Part shown: positions 47,706 to 56,958 of the stretch, one piece after another
Position numbering within the stretch: the first letter of the stretch is position 1
Layout of the letters: each line of letters begins with the position of its first letter
Assembly: GCA_024641735.1 (NCBI GenBank)
Contig: JAHECN010000001.1
Span: 1,036-65,035 of the forward strand
DNA length: 64,000 nucleotides
Direction: 5' to 3'
DNA from: Gemmatimonadota bacterium
GTDB lineage: Bacteria; Gemmatimonadota; Gemmatimonadetes; Gemmatimonadales; GWC2-71-9
The notes under the pieces: model-generated
The model's input: the letters and a program-made list of their open reading frames with translations, nothing else
The model's database searches: none
What the model was told of the DNA's origin: nothing
Made by a program: the position numbers and the translations under genes

Positions 47706-50078
47706 ATGACCTCTGTCCGCGACGCATTCGATTCCATGGCCTGGAGCCCGGCTCCAGAGTCCACGTCAGTGGCCACGGAATGGCTCGACCGCACGGACCG
47801 TCGCTTCGGCCAGTTCATCAACGGCGCATGGACGGCCCCAGCGGATACGTTCGCAGTCCTGAATCCTGCGACGGCGGAGGAACTCGCATACGTCTCGCAG
47901 GCGGATGAGGGCACCGTGGACGCCGCGGTTGCCGCCGCGCGGGCGGCGCTGCCGGGATGGCAAGCGCTGGGTGGGCACGGGCGGGCACGGTGGCTCTATG
48001 CGATTGCACGTGGCCTGCAGCGCCACTCGCGCCTCTTCGCCGTCATTGAGTCGCTCGACAACGGCAAGCCGATTCGGGAGTCGCGCGACATCGACATCCC
48101 GCTGGTGGCACGACACTTCTCGCATCATGCCGGGTGGGCGCAGCTCCTCGAGACAGAGTTCCCGGGGATGCAGGGCGTTGGGGTGGTGGGGCAAGTCATC
48201 CCGTGGAACTTCCCGCTGCTGATGCTCTCCTGGAAGATTGCGCCGGCACTCGCCGCCGGGAATACTGTCGTCTTGAAGCCTGCCGAGTTCACGCCGCTCA
48301 CGGCGCTCTGCTTCGCCTCGATGCTGGAAGAACTCGGCTTTCCGAAGGGCGTGGTCAACATCGTGACGGGCGATGGCCGAACGGGCGCCGCACTCGTGGG
48401 CCACCCCGACGTCAACAAGATCGCCTTCACGGGTTCCACGGATGTCGGGCGTGCAATTCGTGGCGCGACGGCAGGGAGCGGCAAGAAGCTCTCCCTCGAG
48501 CTGGGTGGGAAGTCGCCCTTCATGGTCTTCGACGACGCGGATCTCGATTCGGTGGTGGAGGGCGTGGTCGACGCGATCTGGTTCAACCAGGGACAGGTCT
48601 GCTGTGCCGGTTCGCGGATTCTGGTTGCCGAGAGCATCGCGGAGCGCCTGATCGCGAAGCTGCGTGATCGGATGGAGCGTCTTCGGGTGGGATCACCACT
48701 CGACAAATCGGTGGATATCGGCGCGATCGTCGCGAAGGTGCAACTCGACCGGATCACCGAAATGGTGGCACTCGGCCAAGAGGAAGGTTCCACCTGTTGG
48801 CAGCCGTCCTGGAGCGTGCCGACCGAAGGCTTCTTCTACCCACCAACACTCTTCACCGGCGTGCAGCCGGCCGCCACGATCGCGCAGGAGGAGATCTTCG
48901 GGCCGGTCGTCGTGTTGTTGACGTTCCGGACGCACGATGAAGCGGTCGAGATCGCCAACAACAGTCGCTATGGACTCGCGGCGAGTGTGTGGAGCGAGAA
49001 CCTGAACCTCGCGCTCGACATCGCGCCGCGATTGAAGGCCGGCACCGTCTGGGTCAACAGCACCAATCTCTTCGATGCCGCGAGTGGCTTCGGCGGGTAT
49101 CGGGAAAGCGGCTACGGCCGGGAAGGTGGTCGCGAGGGGATGTACGAGTATCTCGCGTCGACGCAGGCGAAGGGCGCCGAACGCACCACGTGGGAGGCCC
49201 CTGCGGCAGACGCGGGACGCGGCGATCAACCCGCGCTTCCTCCCGTTGATCGGACCCCGAAGCTGTACATCGGTGGCAAGCAGGCGCGGCCCGATTCCGG
49301 CTACGCCATTCCGGTCGTGGGCGCGTCGGGGAAGGTGGTCGGCGAGGTGGGTCGGGGCAATCGGAAGGACATCCGGAACGCCGTCGAGGCGGCCCATGCG
49401 GCGCAGTCCAAGTGGGCGAACGCGACGGCGCACAATCGTTCCCAGGTGCTCTACTTCCTTGGCGAGAATCTGGCGGCGCGGCGAGAGGAGTTCGCGTCCC
49501 GGTTGAAGACACTCACCGGAACCGATGGCGCCGCCGAAGTCGAGGCGTCGGTGCGACGCTGCTTCACCTGGGCGGCGTGGGCCGACAAGTACGATGGGGC
49601 AGTGCATCACACCCCACTGCGGAACGTGACGCTCGCAATGCCGGAAGCGATCGGCGTGATCGGCGTGCGCTGCCCCGACGAGGCACCGTTGCTTGGCCTG
49701 CTGTCCTGCATCCTTCCGGCGATCGCCATGGGGAATGCTGTGGTTGCGATCCCATCACCGGTCGCTCCGTTGTTGGCGACCGATTTGTATCAGGTGTTGG
49801 ATACATCTGATGTCCCAGGTGGCGTGGTGAACTTTGTGACCGGGCTCCCTGGGGAATTGCTGGCGGCCTTGGCCGGACACGACGATGTGGACGCGTGCTG
49901 GTGCTTCGGCACTCACGCCGAGGCCACGGAGGTCGAGCGACTCTCCACTGGCAATCTCAAACGCACCTGGGCGGAGTGGACGGTTCGCGACTGGGGAAGT
50001 GTGGCGGGCGGGGAAGGGACCGAGTTCCTGCGGCACGCGACGCAGGTGAAGAATATTTGGGTGCCGTACGGGGCCTAG
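47706..50078 (+). CDS. Aldehyde dehydrogenase fused to a second, truncated ALDH-like domain
   Basis: I prefer ATG 47706 (MTSVRDAF…). Domain 1 has ELGGKSP and FNQGQVCCAGSR (catalytic Glu and Cys). The C-terminal about 300 aa again resemble an ALDH NAD-binding half (PKLYIGGK…KWANATAHNRSQVLY…), but I could not find the Glu or Cys motifs there. Confidence 0.88.
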   Translation: MTSVRDAFDSMAWSPAPESTSVATEWLDRTDRRFGQFINGAWTAPADTFAVLNPATAEELAYVSQADEGTVDAAVAAARAALPGWQALGGHGRARWLYAIARGLQRHSRLFAVIESLDNGKPIRESRDIDIPLVARHFSHHAGWAQLLETEFPGMQGVGVVGQVIPWNFPLLMLSWKIAPALAAGNTVVLKPAEFTPLTALCFASMLEELGFPKGVVNIVTGDGRTGAALVGHPDVNKIAFTGSTDVGRAIRGATAGSGKKLSLELGGKSPFMVFDDADLDSVVEGVVDAIWFNQGQVCCAGSRILVAESIAERLIAKLRDRMERLRVGSPLDKSVDIGAIVAKVQLDRITEMVALGQEEGSTCWQPSWSVPTEGFFYPPTLFTGVQPAATIAQEEIFGPVVVLLTFRTHDEAVEIANNSRYGLAASVWSENLNLALDIAPRLKAGTVWVNSTNLFDAASGFGGYRESGYGREGGREGMYEYLASTQAKGAERTTWEAPAADAGRGDQPALPPVDRTPKLYIGGKQARPDSGYAIPVVGASGKVVGEVGRGNRKDIRNAVEAAHAAQSKWANATAHNRSQVLYFLGENLAARREEFASRLKTLTGTDGAAEVEASVRRCFTWAAWADKYDGAVHHTPLRNVTLAMPEAIGVIGVRCPDEAPLLGLLSCILPAIAMGNAVVAIPSPVAPLLATDLYQVLDTSDVPGGVVNFVTGLPGELLAALAGHDDVDACWCFGTHAEATEVERLSTGNLKRTWAEWTVRDWGSVAGGEGTEFLRHATQVKNIWVPYGA

Positions 50079-50115
50079 AAGAGAAAAGAGAGAAGAGAAA
50101 AGAGAGAAGAGAGGG
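50078..50115. repeat. One-armed polypurine heptad tandem repeat between convergent ALDH and ppx genes
   Basis: AAGAGAA AAGAGAG AAGAGAA AAGAGAG AAGAGAG GGG begins at the last base of the TAG stop (50076-50078). No complementary pyrimidine arm occurs before the ppx stop (50140). Confidence 0.7.
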
Positions 50116-50139
50116 GAACGGGTGGTCAACGCTGGCGGG

Positions 50140-51681
50140 TTAGGTCCCGCTGGCGATGACCACTTCGTGTTTCAGGGCCTTGGCGAGCACGTCCGATTTG
50201 CGAGACGCGCCCCAGACTTCCAATGAGATATCGAGTCCGTGCATCCGTGGATAGGCACGGATGACGCAGCAATCATCGAGGAGTGCTGTCGTGACGCGCT
50301 CCACGGCTGCCGTGTGTCCGCGATCCAGACCGTCCGCGACGCGAAGAATCCCGCTGACACGCCGAACGATGGCTTGATCGTCTGTGCTCAGTGCCGCGAA
50401 TTCCGGATGCCGCCGCTTCGGGCCTGCGCGTCGGTGGTAGCGCGAGATCAGCGCGACCAATTCCCGATCCCGTGCCGCCAACCCGATCCGTTCGGCGTGG
50501 CTGATCAGCTGATAGCTGTGCTTGTGGTGCTTGCGGTAGGAGACCAGTTGTCCGACGTCATGCAGCAACGCAGCGGCCTCGAGCAGCCACCGTTCTTCCG
50601 CAGTGGATCCCAGCGCATCGGCGAGCTGGTCGTGCAGGGCCAGTGCGAGATGCCGCACCTGTTCGACATGCCGTCGATCACTGCGACAGCGGTCCACGAA
50701 CTCACGAATCAGCCGGAGGGGGTCCGCTGGGCGCTGCGGCGTCGTGTGCCCAACCATCTCCAGCAACAGTCCTTCGCGGAGCCCAAAGGCACTGACCGTG
50801 ACCTCCCGGCCATCGGTGAAGGACAGGAGCTCGGCGGTCACGGCCAGACCTGCCAGAATGATGTCGGCGCGCTGGGGGTTCAGTCCCGGGATCTCGGCGC
50901 GCTCCTCCGGCGTCTTCGTCGTGAGCCATTCCAGCAGCGCCTCAACCTCTCCGGTGACCACGCTACTGCCATGCACCGTGTCGCGCTGGTGTCCGCGGCG
51001 ATGGACGGCCATCCGTCCGAGATTGGTGAACGTCCCGCCCGAGCCGATGAGCGTGGCCTGAACCCAATCGCGCCACGGGAGTGCCTTCCGCAGCACCTGC
51101 CGGATGTGACGGCGGAGGGCCGCGACTTCCTTGTGGGGTTCCCGGAGGCCTGGCAGGTGCGATTCCGAGAGTCGCACGGCGCCGAGGGGGAGGGAGGTCG
51201 TCACCTCGACGAGCCCATCGACCGCGCCGACCAGTTCGAGCGAGCCGCCGCCAATGTCCGCGACGAGCGTCCGCCTGTCCGTCATGGGGAAGTGATGTGC
51301 AACTGATCGCCAGGAGAGCTGCGCTTCACGTTCAGCATCGATGATCTGGAGGGGAAGTCCGAGCTCGCGCCGAATCCGTTCCGCGAAGTCCGGCCCGTTG
51401 CTGGCGTCGCGCATCGCCGAGGTGGCCACGACCGCGAGACGGCTCACGCCGCGGCGCCCCGCCATGCCTCGCATGAGGGAGAGCGCGGTGAACGCCTCTT
51501 CCATCGCGTCGGGGTCCAACTGCCCCGTACTCGCCACGCCGCGTGCCAACCGCGGCATCGCTTTCACTTCATCGATAACCTCGAGCCCGGTGTCCGGATC
51601 GTACGCGGCAATCAGCAGTCGAATGGAATTCGATCCGACGTCAATTGCGCCGAGCCGTTCACGACTCGCCGGGGCGCTCAC
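50140..51681 (-). CDS. ppx: Exopolyphosphatase / guanosine pentaphosphate phosphohydrolase (Ppx/GppA) with HD domain
   Basis: 513 aa. AIDVGSNSIRLL and DIGGGS motifs, with a C-terminal HD region (LLHDVG). Confidence 0.92.
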   Translation of the reverse strand: MSAPASRERLGAIDVGSNSIRLLIAAYDPDTGLEVIDEVKAMPRLARGVASTGQLDPDAMEEAFTALSLMRGMAGRRGVSRLAVVATSAMRDASNGPDFAERIRRELGLPLQIIDAEREAQLSWRSVAHHFPMTDRRTLVADIGGGSLELVGAVDGLVEVTTSLPLGAVRLSESHLPGLREPHKEVAALRRHIRQVLRKALPWRDWVQATLIGSGGTFTNLGRMAVHRRGHQRDTVHGSSVVTGEVEALLEWLTTKTPEERAEIPGLNPQRADIILAGLAVTAELLSFTDGREVTVSAFGLREGLLLEMVGHTTPQRPADPLRLIREFVDRCRSDRRHVEQVRHLALALHDQLADALGSTAEERWLLEAAALLHDVGQLVSYRKHHKHSYQLISHAERIGLAARDRELVALISRYHRRAGPKRRHPEFAALSTDDQAIVRRVSGILRVADGLDRGHTAAVERVTTALLDDCCVIRAYPRMHGLDISLEVWGASRKSDVLAKALKHEVVIASGT

Positions 51682-52367
51682 GATCTCGAGTCGCCCCGAT
51701 CCTCGGCGTGATGCTTGATGGACTTGCCCTCGACCAGGAAGACCACGTCTTCGCCGATGTTGGTGGCGAGGTCGGCCACGCGCTCCAGGTTCCGGCTCAC
51801 CAGAAAGAGCTCCATCCCTGCCGTGATCATCTGGGGGTCTTCCATCATGTGGGTGATCAGAATACGGAACACCGACCGATGCAGCGCGTCTACCTTGTCG
51901 TCTGCCCGGCAGACGGCCCGCCCAGCCTCCGCGTCGCCCCGGATGAACGCCTCGAGCGCGTTCGAGAGCATCGCGCGAGCCAGCCGCGCCATCTCGACGA
52001 TCTCGGGCTCCGGCGTGATCGGCCGACTCTGGGTCAGCCGATGCGCCGACTGCGCAATGTTCACGGCGTGGTCGCCGACGCGCTCAAGGTCGTTGGCAAT
52101 CTTCAGCGCGGATGTCAGCGTCCGAAGATCGCGTGCCATCGGTTGCTGGAGTGCCAGCAGGTGGATGCAGTGCTCCTCGATCTCAACTTCCATCGCGTCG
52201 ATGGCGCGGTCGCCTTCGATGACGCGCTGTGCCTTGTCGGCATTGCGTTCCAGCAAGGCCTCGACCGCGAGCCCGAGGTTGGCCTCTGCCTCACCAGACA
52301 TGGTGAGCAGACGCACCGTGACCTGGCTCAGCTGTTCATGAAAATGCCGATGCGTTTCCCCGCTCAT
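51678..52367 (-). CDS. phoU: Phosphate-uptake regulator PhoU
   Basis: 229 aa with two PhoU repeats (…[11 protein letters not shown]…, …[12 protein letters not shown]…). Has 4-nt overlaps on both sides. Confidence 0.95.
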   Translation of the reverse strand: MSGETHRHFHEQLSQVTVRLLTMSGEAEANLGLAVEALLERNADKAQRVIEGDRAIDAMEVEIEEHCIHLLALQQPMARDLRTLTSALKIANDLERVGDHAVNIAQSAHRLTQSRPITPEPEIVEMARLARAMLSNALEAFIRGDAEAGRAVCRADDKVDALHRSVFRILITHMMEDPQMITAGMELFLVSRNLERVADLATNIGEDVVFLVEGKSIKHHAEDRGDSRS

Positions 52368-53218
52368 CCGAATCTCCCAGTGATGTAAGCTTCCGTGCGC
52401 TCATGCGTCGGTGCCGTGAAGATCTGCCGCGTGGGTCCCATCTCCACCAGGACGCCGGACTCGAAGAAGCCCGTCAGCGACGACACACGTGCCGCTTGCT
52501 GCATGTTGTGCGTGACGATCACAATCGTGTAGTCCCGCTTCAGCTCCAAGATAAGTTCCTCGACCTTCGCCGTCGCCCCCGGGTCGAGGGCCGAGCAGGG
52601 CTCGTCCATCAGGAGGGTGGACGGCTGGTTCCCCAACGCCCGGGCAATACAGAGCCGCTGCTGCTGCCCGCCGGAGAGCCCGGTCGCCGGCGAATGGAGA
52701 CGGTCCTTCACCTCGTCCCAAAGCGCCGCGCGCCGGAGGCAGTCCTCGACCAGGTCGGGGACGTCGGCCTTCGGGATCAAGGCGTTCAGCGTCGGCCCGT
52801 ACGCCACGTTCTGGTAAATCGATTTCGGGAAGACGTTGGGTCGCTGGAACACCATCCCGACGCGCTGACGATGGGCGACGAGGTCGAGGCCACGCTCATA
52901 AACGTTGCGACCCTCCACGATCAACTCGCCGGTCGCGCGCGTTTCGGGGATCAGGTCGTTCATCCGGTTGATGGAGCGGAGGAAGGTCGACTTGCCGCAG
53001 CCCGAAGGACCGATCACCGCCGTCACCGCACGCTGCGGCACGGAGAAGGTGAGGTCGTGCAGCACCTGATGCGTCCCGTACCAAAACGAGAAATTGCGCA
53101 CCGTGATGCAGGGAGCCTCGTCGCCGTGCGTCGATCGGAAGTCCTCCGCGGCCGGAAAGACCGTCCGAGGGGGGATCGCACTCGTGATTCGCGCGTCCGG
53201 GCCGTGGGGTGCGGTCAT
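52364..53218 (-). CDS. pstB: Phosphate ABC transporter ATP-binding protein PstB (distal copy, N-terminal extension)
   Basis: ATG at 53218 (MTAPHGPD…). Walker [10 protein letters not shown], signature LSGGQQQRL, Walker B LLMDEP, ending [10 protein letters not shown]. Confidence 0.95.
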   Translation of the reverse strand: MTAPHGPDARITSAIPPRTVFPAAEDFRSTHGDEAPCITVRNFSFWYGTHQVLHDLTFSVPQRAVTAVIGPSGCGKSTFLRSINRMNDLIPETRATGELIVEGRNVYERGLDLVAHRQRVGMVFQRPNVFPKSIYQNVAYGPTLNALIPKADVPDLVEDCLRRAALWDEVKDRLHSPATGLSGGQQQRLCIARALGNQPSTLLMDEPCSALDPGATAKVEELILELKRDYTIVIVTHNMQQAARVSSLTGFFESGVLVEMGPTRQIFTAPTHERTEAYITGRFG

Positions 53219-53982
53219 CCGAACCGTCCGGTGATGTAGGCTTCGGTCTGTTCGTGCGTCGGGGCCGTGAAGATCTGCTTGGTGGTGCCGTGCTCGATCA
53301 GCTGCCCGATATAAAAGAAGGAGGTCGTGTCGGACAACCGCGCGGCCTGCTGCATGTTGTGCGTCACGATGATGATCGTGAAATGCTCCTTGAGCGACAC
53401 GACCAACTCCTCGATCCGCTGGGTGCCTTGCGGATCGAGCGACGCCGTCGGCTCGTCGAGCAGAATCACTTCCGGCTGTGGTGCGATGGTGCGCGCCAGG
53501 CAGAGTCGCTGTTGCTGTCCGCCGGAGAGCCCGAGAGCACTCGCCTTCAGCCGATCCTTCACTTCGTCCCAGAGAGCGGCCTGACGGAGCGAACGCTCGA
53601 CGATCTCGTCCACCTCGGCCTTGGGCAGGCGGCCATCCAGCATCAACCCCGCCGCCACATTGTCCCGGATCGACATGGTCGGGAAGGGGGTTGGCTTCTG
53701 AAACACCATGCCGACCCGGCGGCGCAGCTGAATCGGGTTCACGCTGCTCGCGTAGATGTCTTCCCCATCCAACAGCACGCGTCCGGTGATCCACCCCCCG
53801 GCAGAGACCTCGTGCAGCCGGTTCAGTGTCCTGAGGTACGTGGACTTGCCGCAGCCCGACGGGCCGATGAGGGCGTGCACCTGATTGGCGGCGAAGGAGA
53901 GCGAGATGCCCTTCACGGCGGTGAATTTGCCGTACATCGCACTCAGCTTGTCCGTCTCCATCCGCGGCGGTTGCTCACCCAT
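53215..53982 (-). CDS. pstB: Phosphate ABC transporter ATP-binding protein PstB (proximal copy)
   Basis: 255 aa. [24 protein letters not shown], ending [10 protein letters not shown]. Confidence 0.95.
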   Translation of the reverse strand: MGEQPPRMETDKLSAMYGKFTAVKGISLSFAANQVHALIGPSGCGKSTYLRTLNRLHEVSAGGWITGRVLLDGEDIYASSVNPIQLRRRVGMVFQKPTPFPTMSIRDNVAAGLMLDGRLPKAEVDEIVERSLRQAALWDEVKDRLKASALGLSGGQQQRLCLARTIAPQPEVILLDEPTASLDPQGTQRIEELVVSLKEHFTIIIVTHNMQQAARLSDTTSFFYIGQLIEHGTTKQIFTAPTHEQTEAYITGRFG

Positions 53983-54820
53983 TGCTGGAGAACCGTTGAC
54001 GGGTGGCGAGGCGCGCGGCCACGGAGAGGAGGAAGACCACGAGGATCAACACCAACGCGGTCGCCCACGCGAGCTGGTGCCACTCTTCGTAGGGGCCAGA
54101 GGCATAGGTAAACACGACGAGGGGCAACGCGGCCATCGGTTGGTCCGGATTGAACGAGAGGTACTGGCTGCCGAGTGCCGTGAAGAGCAGTGGGGCCGTT
54201 TCGCCCGCCGCGCGCGCGACCGAGAGCAGCGCGCCCGTCACGATGCCCGGCAGCGCGGTCCGCAGGACGATCGTGAGCGACGTCCGCCACCGTGGGTAGC
54301 CCAACGCCAGCGCCGCTTCCCGCAGGGAAACCGGCACCAACTTGATCAACTCCTCCGTGGTGCGCGTCACCATCGGGATCATCAGGATCGCCAGCGCGAT
54401 CGAGCCGGCGAACGCCGAAAAGTGCTTCTGCTGGGCGACCACGACCGTCCAGACGAACACACCGACGACGATCGAGGGTGTGCCGTTCAAAACGTCCGAC
54501 ACAAAGCGCGTAATCCCCGCGAGCCGGCTCGCCGGATACTCGGCGCAGTAGATCCCGGCGCCGATCCCGATGGGGACTCCGATCAACGAGGCGATCCCGA
54601 CGATCATCAGCGTCCCGACGATCGCGTGCAGCACGCCGCCGCCGGTCTCTCCGGCCGGGACGGGCGTGTTGGTGAAGAAGGCCAGCGAGAGCGAGCTCGC
54701 TCCCTTGAGTGTCAACGAGACGAGGATGGCCAGCAACGGGAGCACGGCCACCAAGACGGCCACTCCCATGAGCCCAACCATCACATGGCTCTTGAACCGT
54801 CGATAAGCGCGTGGATTCAT
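53975..54820 (-). CDS. pstA: Phosphate ABC transporter permease PstA
   Basis: 281 aa, polytopic, with an EAA-type loop (REAALALGYPRWRT). Position follows the pstSCAB order. Confidence 0.92.
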   Translation of the reverse strand: MNPRAYRRFKSHVMVGLMGVAVLVAVLPLLAILVSLTLKGASSLSLAFFTNTPVPAGETGGGVLHAIVGTLMIVGIASLIGVPIGIGAGIYCAEYPASRLAGITRFVSDVLNGTPSIVVGVFVWTVVVAQQKHFSAFAGSIALAILMIPMVTRTTEELIKLVPVSLREAALALGYPRWRTSLTIVLRTALPGIVTGALLSVARAAGETAPLLFTALGSQYLSFNPDQPMAALPLVVFTYASGPYEEWHQLAWATALVLILVVFLLSVAARLATRQRFSSNG

Positions 54821-55791
54821 CCGCCGCTCTTCCTCCCGACACGCCAGATCAAGAGCCGGGCGCCGGCGTTTACGATGACCGTCACCACAAAGAGCAGCAG
54901 TGCGACGTACGTCAGCGAGGCAATGTGCAGGGTGGTCCCGGCCTCGGAGAACTCATTCGCAATGACCGCAGCCATCGTGTACCCCGGTGCGAAGAGCGAG
55001 GCGGAGATCTCATGCCGATTACCGATCAACATGGTCACGGCCATCGTCTCGCCGAGCGCCCGGCCGAGGCCGAGGATGATCGCGCCGATGATGCCGGAGC
55101 GTGCGTACGGCACGATCACAGTGCGGACCGCTTCCCAGCGGGTGGCACCGAGGGCCAGCGACGCCTCCCGCTGGCTGTTTGGCACCGCGAGGAGGACCGA
55201 CCGGGACACCGACATGATGAACGGCATGATCATGATGGTCAGGATCAGGCTCGCCGACAGCACCGAGGGGCCGTAGATCGGTCCATCAAAGAAGGGAAGG
55301 AACCCCAGGGTGTCCCGAAAGAAGGGGAAGACCGTGGACCGGAGAATCGGGATGAGGACGAAGATGCCCCAGAGGCCGTAGACCACGCTGGGAATTGCCG
55401 CCAGCAACTCGATCAGCATCGCCACCGGCTTCCGGATGAACTCCGGCGCGAACTCAGTCAGGTAGATCGCCACGCCGAGCGAGAGCGGAACGGCCAGAAC
55501 CAAGGCAATGAAGGAGGTCAGCAGCGTGCCGAAAAGCAGGGGCCACGCCCCGTAGATCTCCGCGACCGGATCCCAGACATCGTCGGTGAGGAACTTGAGC
55601 CCGAACTCTGCGATGGCGGGGGCCGAACCGTGGGCCAACTCGTAGAAGAGTGCCAGGAGCAGGAGCGGGATCAGCAGGGCCGCGAGCGTCAGCAGCCCCT
55701 TGAAAAACTGGTCGGCGCGTGACGTCCCGAGCAGCCCCGAGGTGGGGTCAGGCGCTTGGTGCACCGCGGAGGACTTGGTGGGAGCGGTCAT
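54817..55791 (-). CDS. pstC: Phosphate ABC transporter permease PstC
   Basis: 324 aa, polytopic, with an EAA-type loop (REASLALGATRWEA). Position follows the pstSCAB order. Confidence 0.92.
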   Translation of the reverse strand: MTAPTKSSAVHQAPDPTSGLLGTSRADQFFKGLLTLAALLIPLLLLALFYELAHGSAPAIAEFGLKFLTDDVWDPVAEIYGAWPLLFGTLLTSFIALVLAVPLSLGVAIYLTEFAPEFIRKPVAMLIELLAAIPSVVYGLWGIFVLIPILRSTVFPFFRDTLGFLPFFDGPIYGPSVLSASLILTIMIMPFIMSVSRSVLLAVPNSQREASLALGATRWEAVRTVIVPYARSGIIGAIILGLGRALGETMAVTMLIGNRHEISASLFAPGYTMAAVIANEFSEAGTTLHIASLTYVALLLFVVTVIVNAGARLLIWRVGRKSGG

Positions 55792-55838
55792 CGTGGGGGG
55801 GAGAGTACCTTCGCTCTCCCACCCCTCCGGTCACGGCT

Positions 55839-55856
55839 TTGTAACAAACGTGTAAC
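55839..55856 (-). promoter_or_regulatory. Pho-box-like direct repeat in the pstS-pstC spacer
   Basis: Plus strand reads TTGTAAC aaac GTGTAAC (11-nt period). Minus strand reads GTTACAC gttt GTTACAA. It shares the GT(T/G)AC-N6-GT(T/G)AC core with the site at 58139-58178. Confidence 0.35.
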
Positions 55857-55870
55857 TCCCGCGGCCGCGA

Positions 55871-56920
55871 CTACTTGCCGATGGGTTGGCCGCCGGTGGT
55901 CAGGGTACCAACCCGGTCATCGATCAGGCGGACCACCTTCTGCGGGAGCGGCGAGTAGAGGAGCGCCTTGGCCATGTTCTGGGCCTCTGGGGTCACCATC
56001 CAGCGGAGGAAATCCCGCATGGTCTTGGCCTTGGCAGCATCCTTGGTGTCCGGCCGAACCAGCAACCAGGTGAAGGAGGCGATCGGATAGGAGTACTGCC
56101 CCGGCGCATTGGTGATCGAGACGCGGAAGTCGGTGTTCTTGGGGAACTCGGCGCTTGACGCCGCGATGGTCACCGTGCTCAACGACGGCTGCACAAAGGT
56201 CCCGTGCGCGTTCTTGATCTGGGCGAAGGGGAGCTTGTTCGATTCGGCGTAGATCAATTCGACGTAGCCGAGCGTGCCTTCCACCTGCTTGACTTGCTGG
56301 GTCACGCCCTCGTTTCCCTTGCCCCCGAGACCGACCGGGAAGCGCACGGAAGTGGCCGAACCGACCTTCTCCTTCCACTCGGGCGAGATCTTGCTCAAGT
56401 AGTCGGTGAAGATGTAGCTGGTGCCCGACCCGTCTGAGCGGTACACCACGATGATGTCCTGATCGGGAAGGCGTGCACCGCGGTTCAACGCCACGATTCG
56501 GGGGTCGTTCCACTTGGTGATCTTGCCGAGGTAGATGTCGGCGATCGTCGGGCCATCGAACTTCAGCTGGGTGGATCCCACGGCGGGGAGGTTCCACGTC
56601 AGGACCACGGCGCCAAGCACCGTCGGGATGTGGTGCACGACGCCGTTGATGCTCTTGAGCTGCTCATCCGACATCGGACCGTCGGAGGCGCCGAAGTCCA
56701 CGGTGCCTTCGCTGTACTGCCGAATGCCGGCACCTGATCCCACCGACTGGTAGTTGATCTTGATGCCTGTCTTGCGGTAGTAAGCGTCAAACCACTTGGT
56801 GTACACCGGGTTCGGGAAGGTGGCCCCGGCTCCGGTGAGCGATTGTGCCATCAGGGCCGTCGGGACGCCCGTGATCATGGCGGCGGTGACGACCGTCAAC
56901 AACGTCGTGGAAACCTTCAT
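55871..56920 (-). CDS. pstS: Phosphate-binding protein PstS
   Basis: ATG at 56920 gives the signal peptide MKVSTTLLTVVTAAMITGVPTALMAQS. TGAGATFPNPVYTKWF motif present. The track ORF starts at TTG 56950. Confidence 0.93.
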   Translation of the reverse strand: MKVSTTLLTVVTAAMITGVPTALMAQSLTGAGATFPNPVYTKWFDAYYRKTGIKINYQSVGSGAGIRQYSEGTVDFGASDGPMSDEQLKSINGVVHHIPTVLGAVVLTWNLPAVGSTQLKFDGPTIADIYLGKITKWNDPRIVALNRGARLPDQDIIVVYRSDGSGTSYIFTDYLSKISPEWKEKVGSATSVRFPVGLGGKGNEGVTQQVKQVEGTLGYVELIYAESNKLPFAQIKNAHGTFVQPSLSTVTIAASSAEFPKNTDFRVSITNAPGQYSYPIASFTWLLVRPDTKDAAKAKTMRDFLRWMVTPEAQNMAKALLYSPLPQKVVRLIDDRVGTLTTGGQPIGK

Positions 56921-56958
56921 GCGACACTCCGGCAAGGAGAAAGTAGACAACGGGAAAT

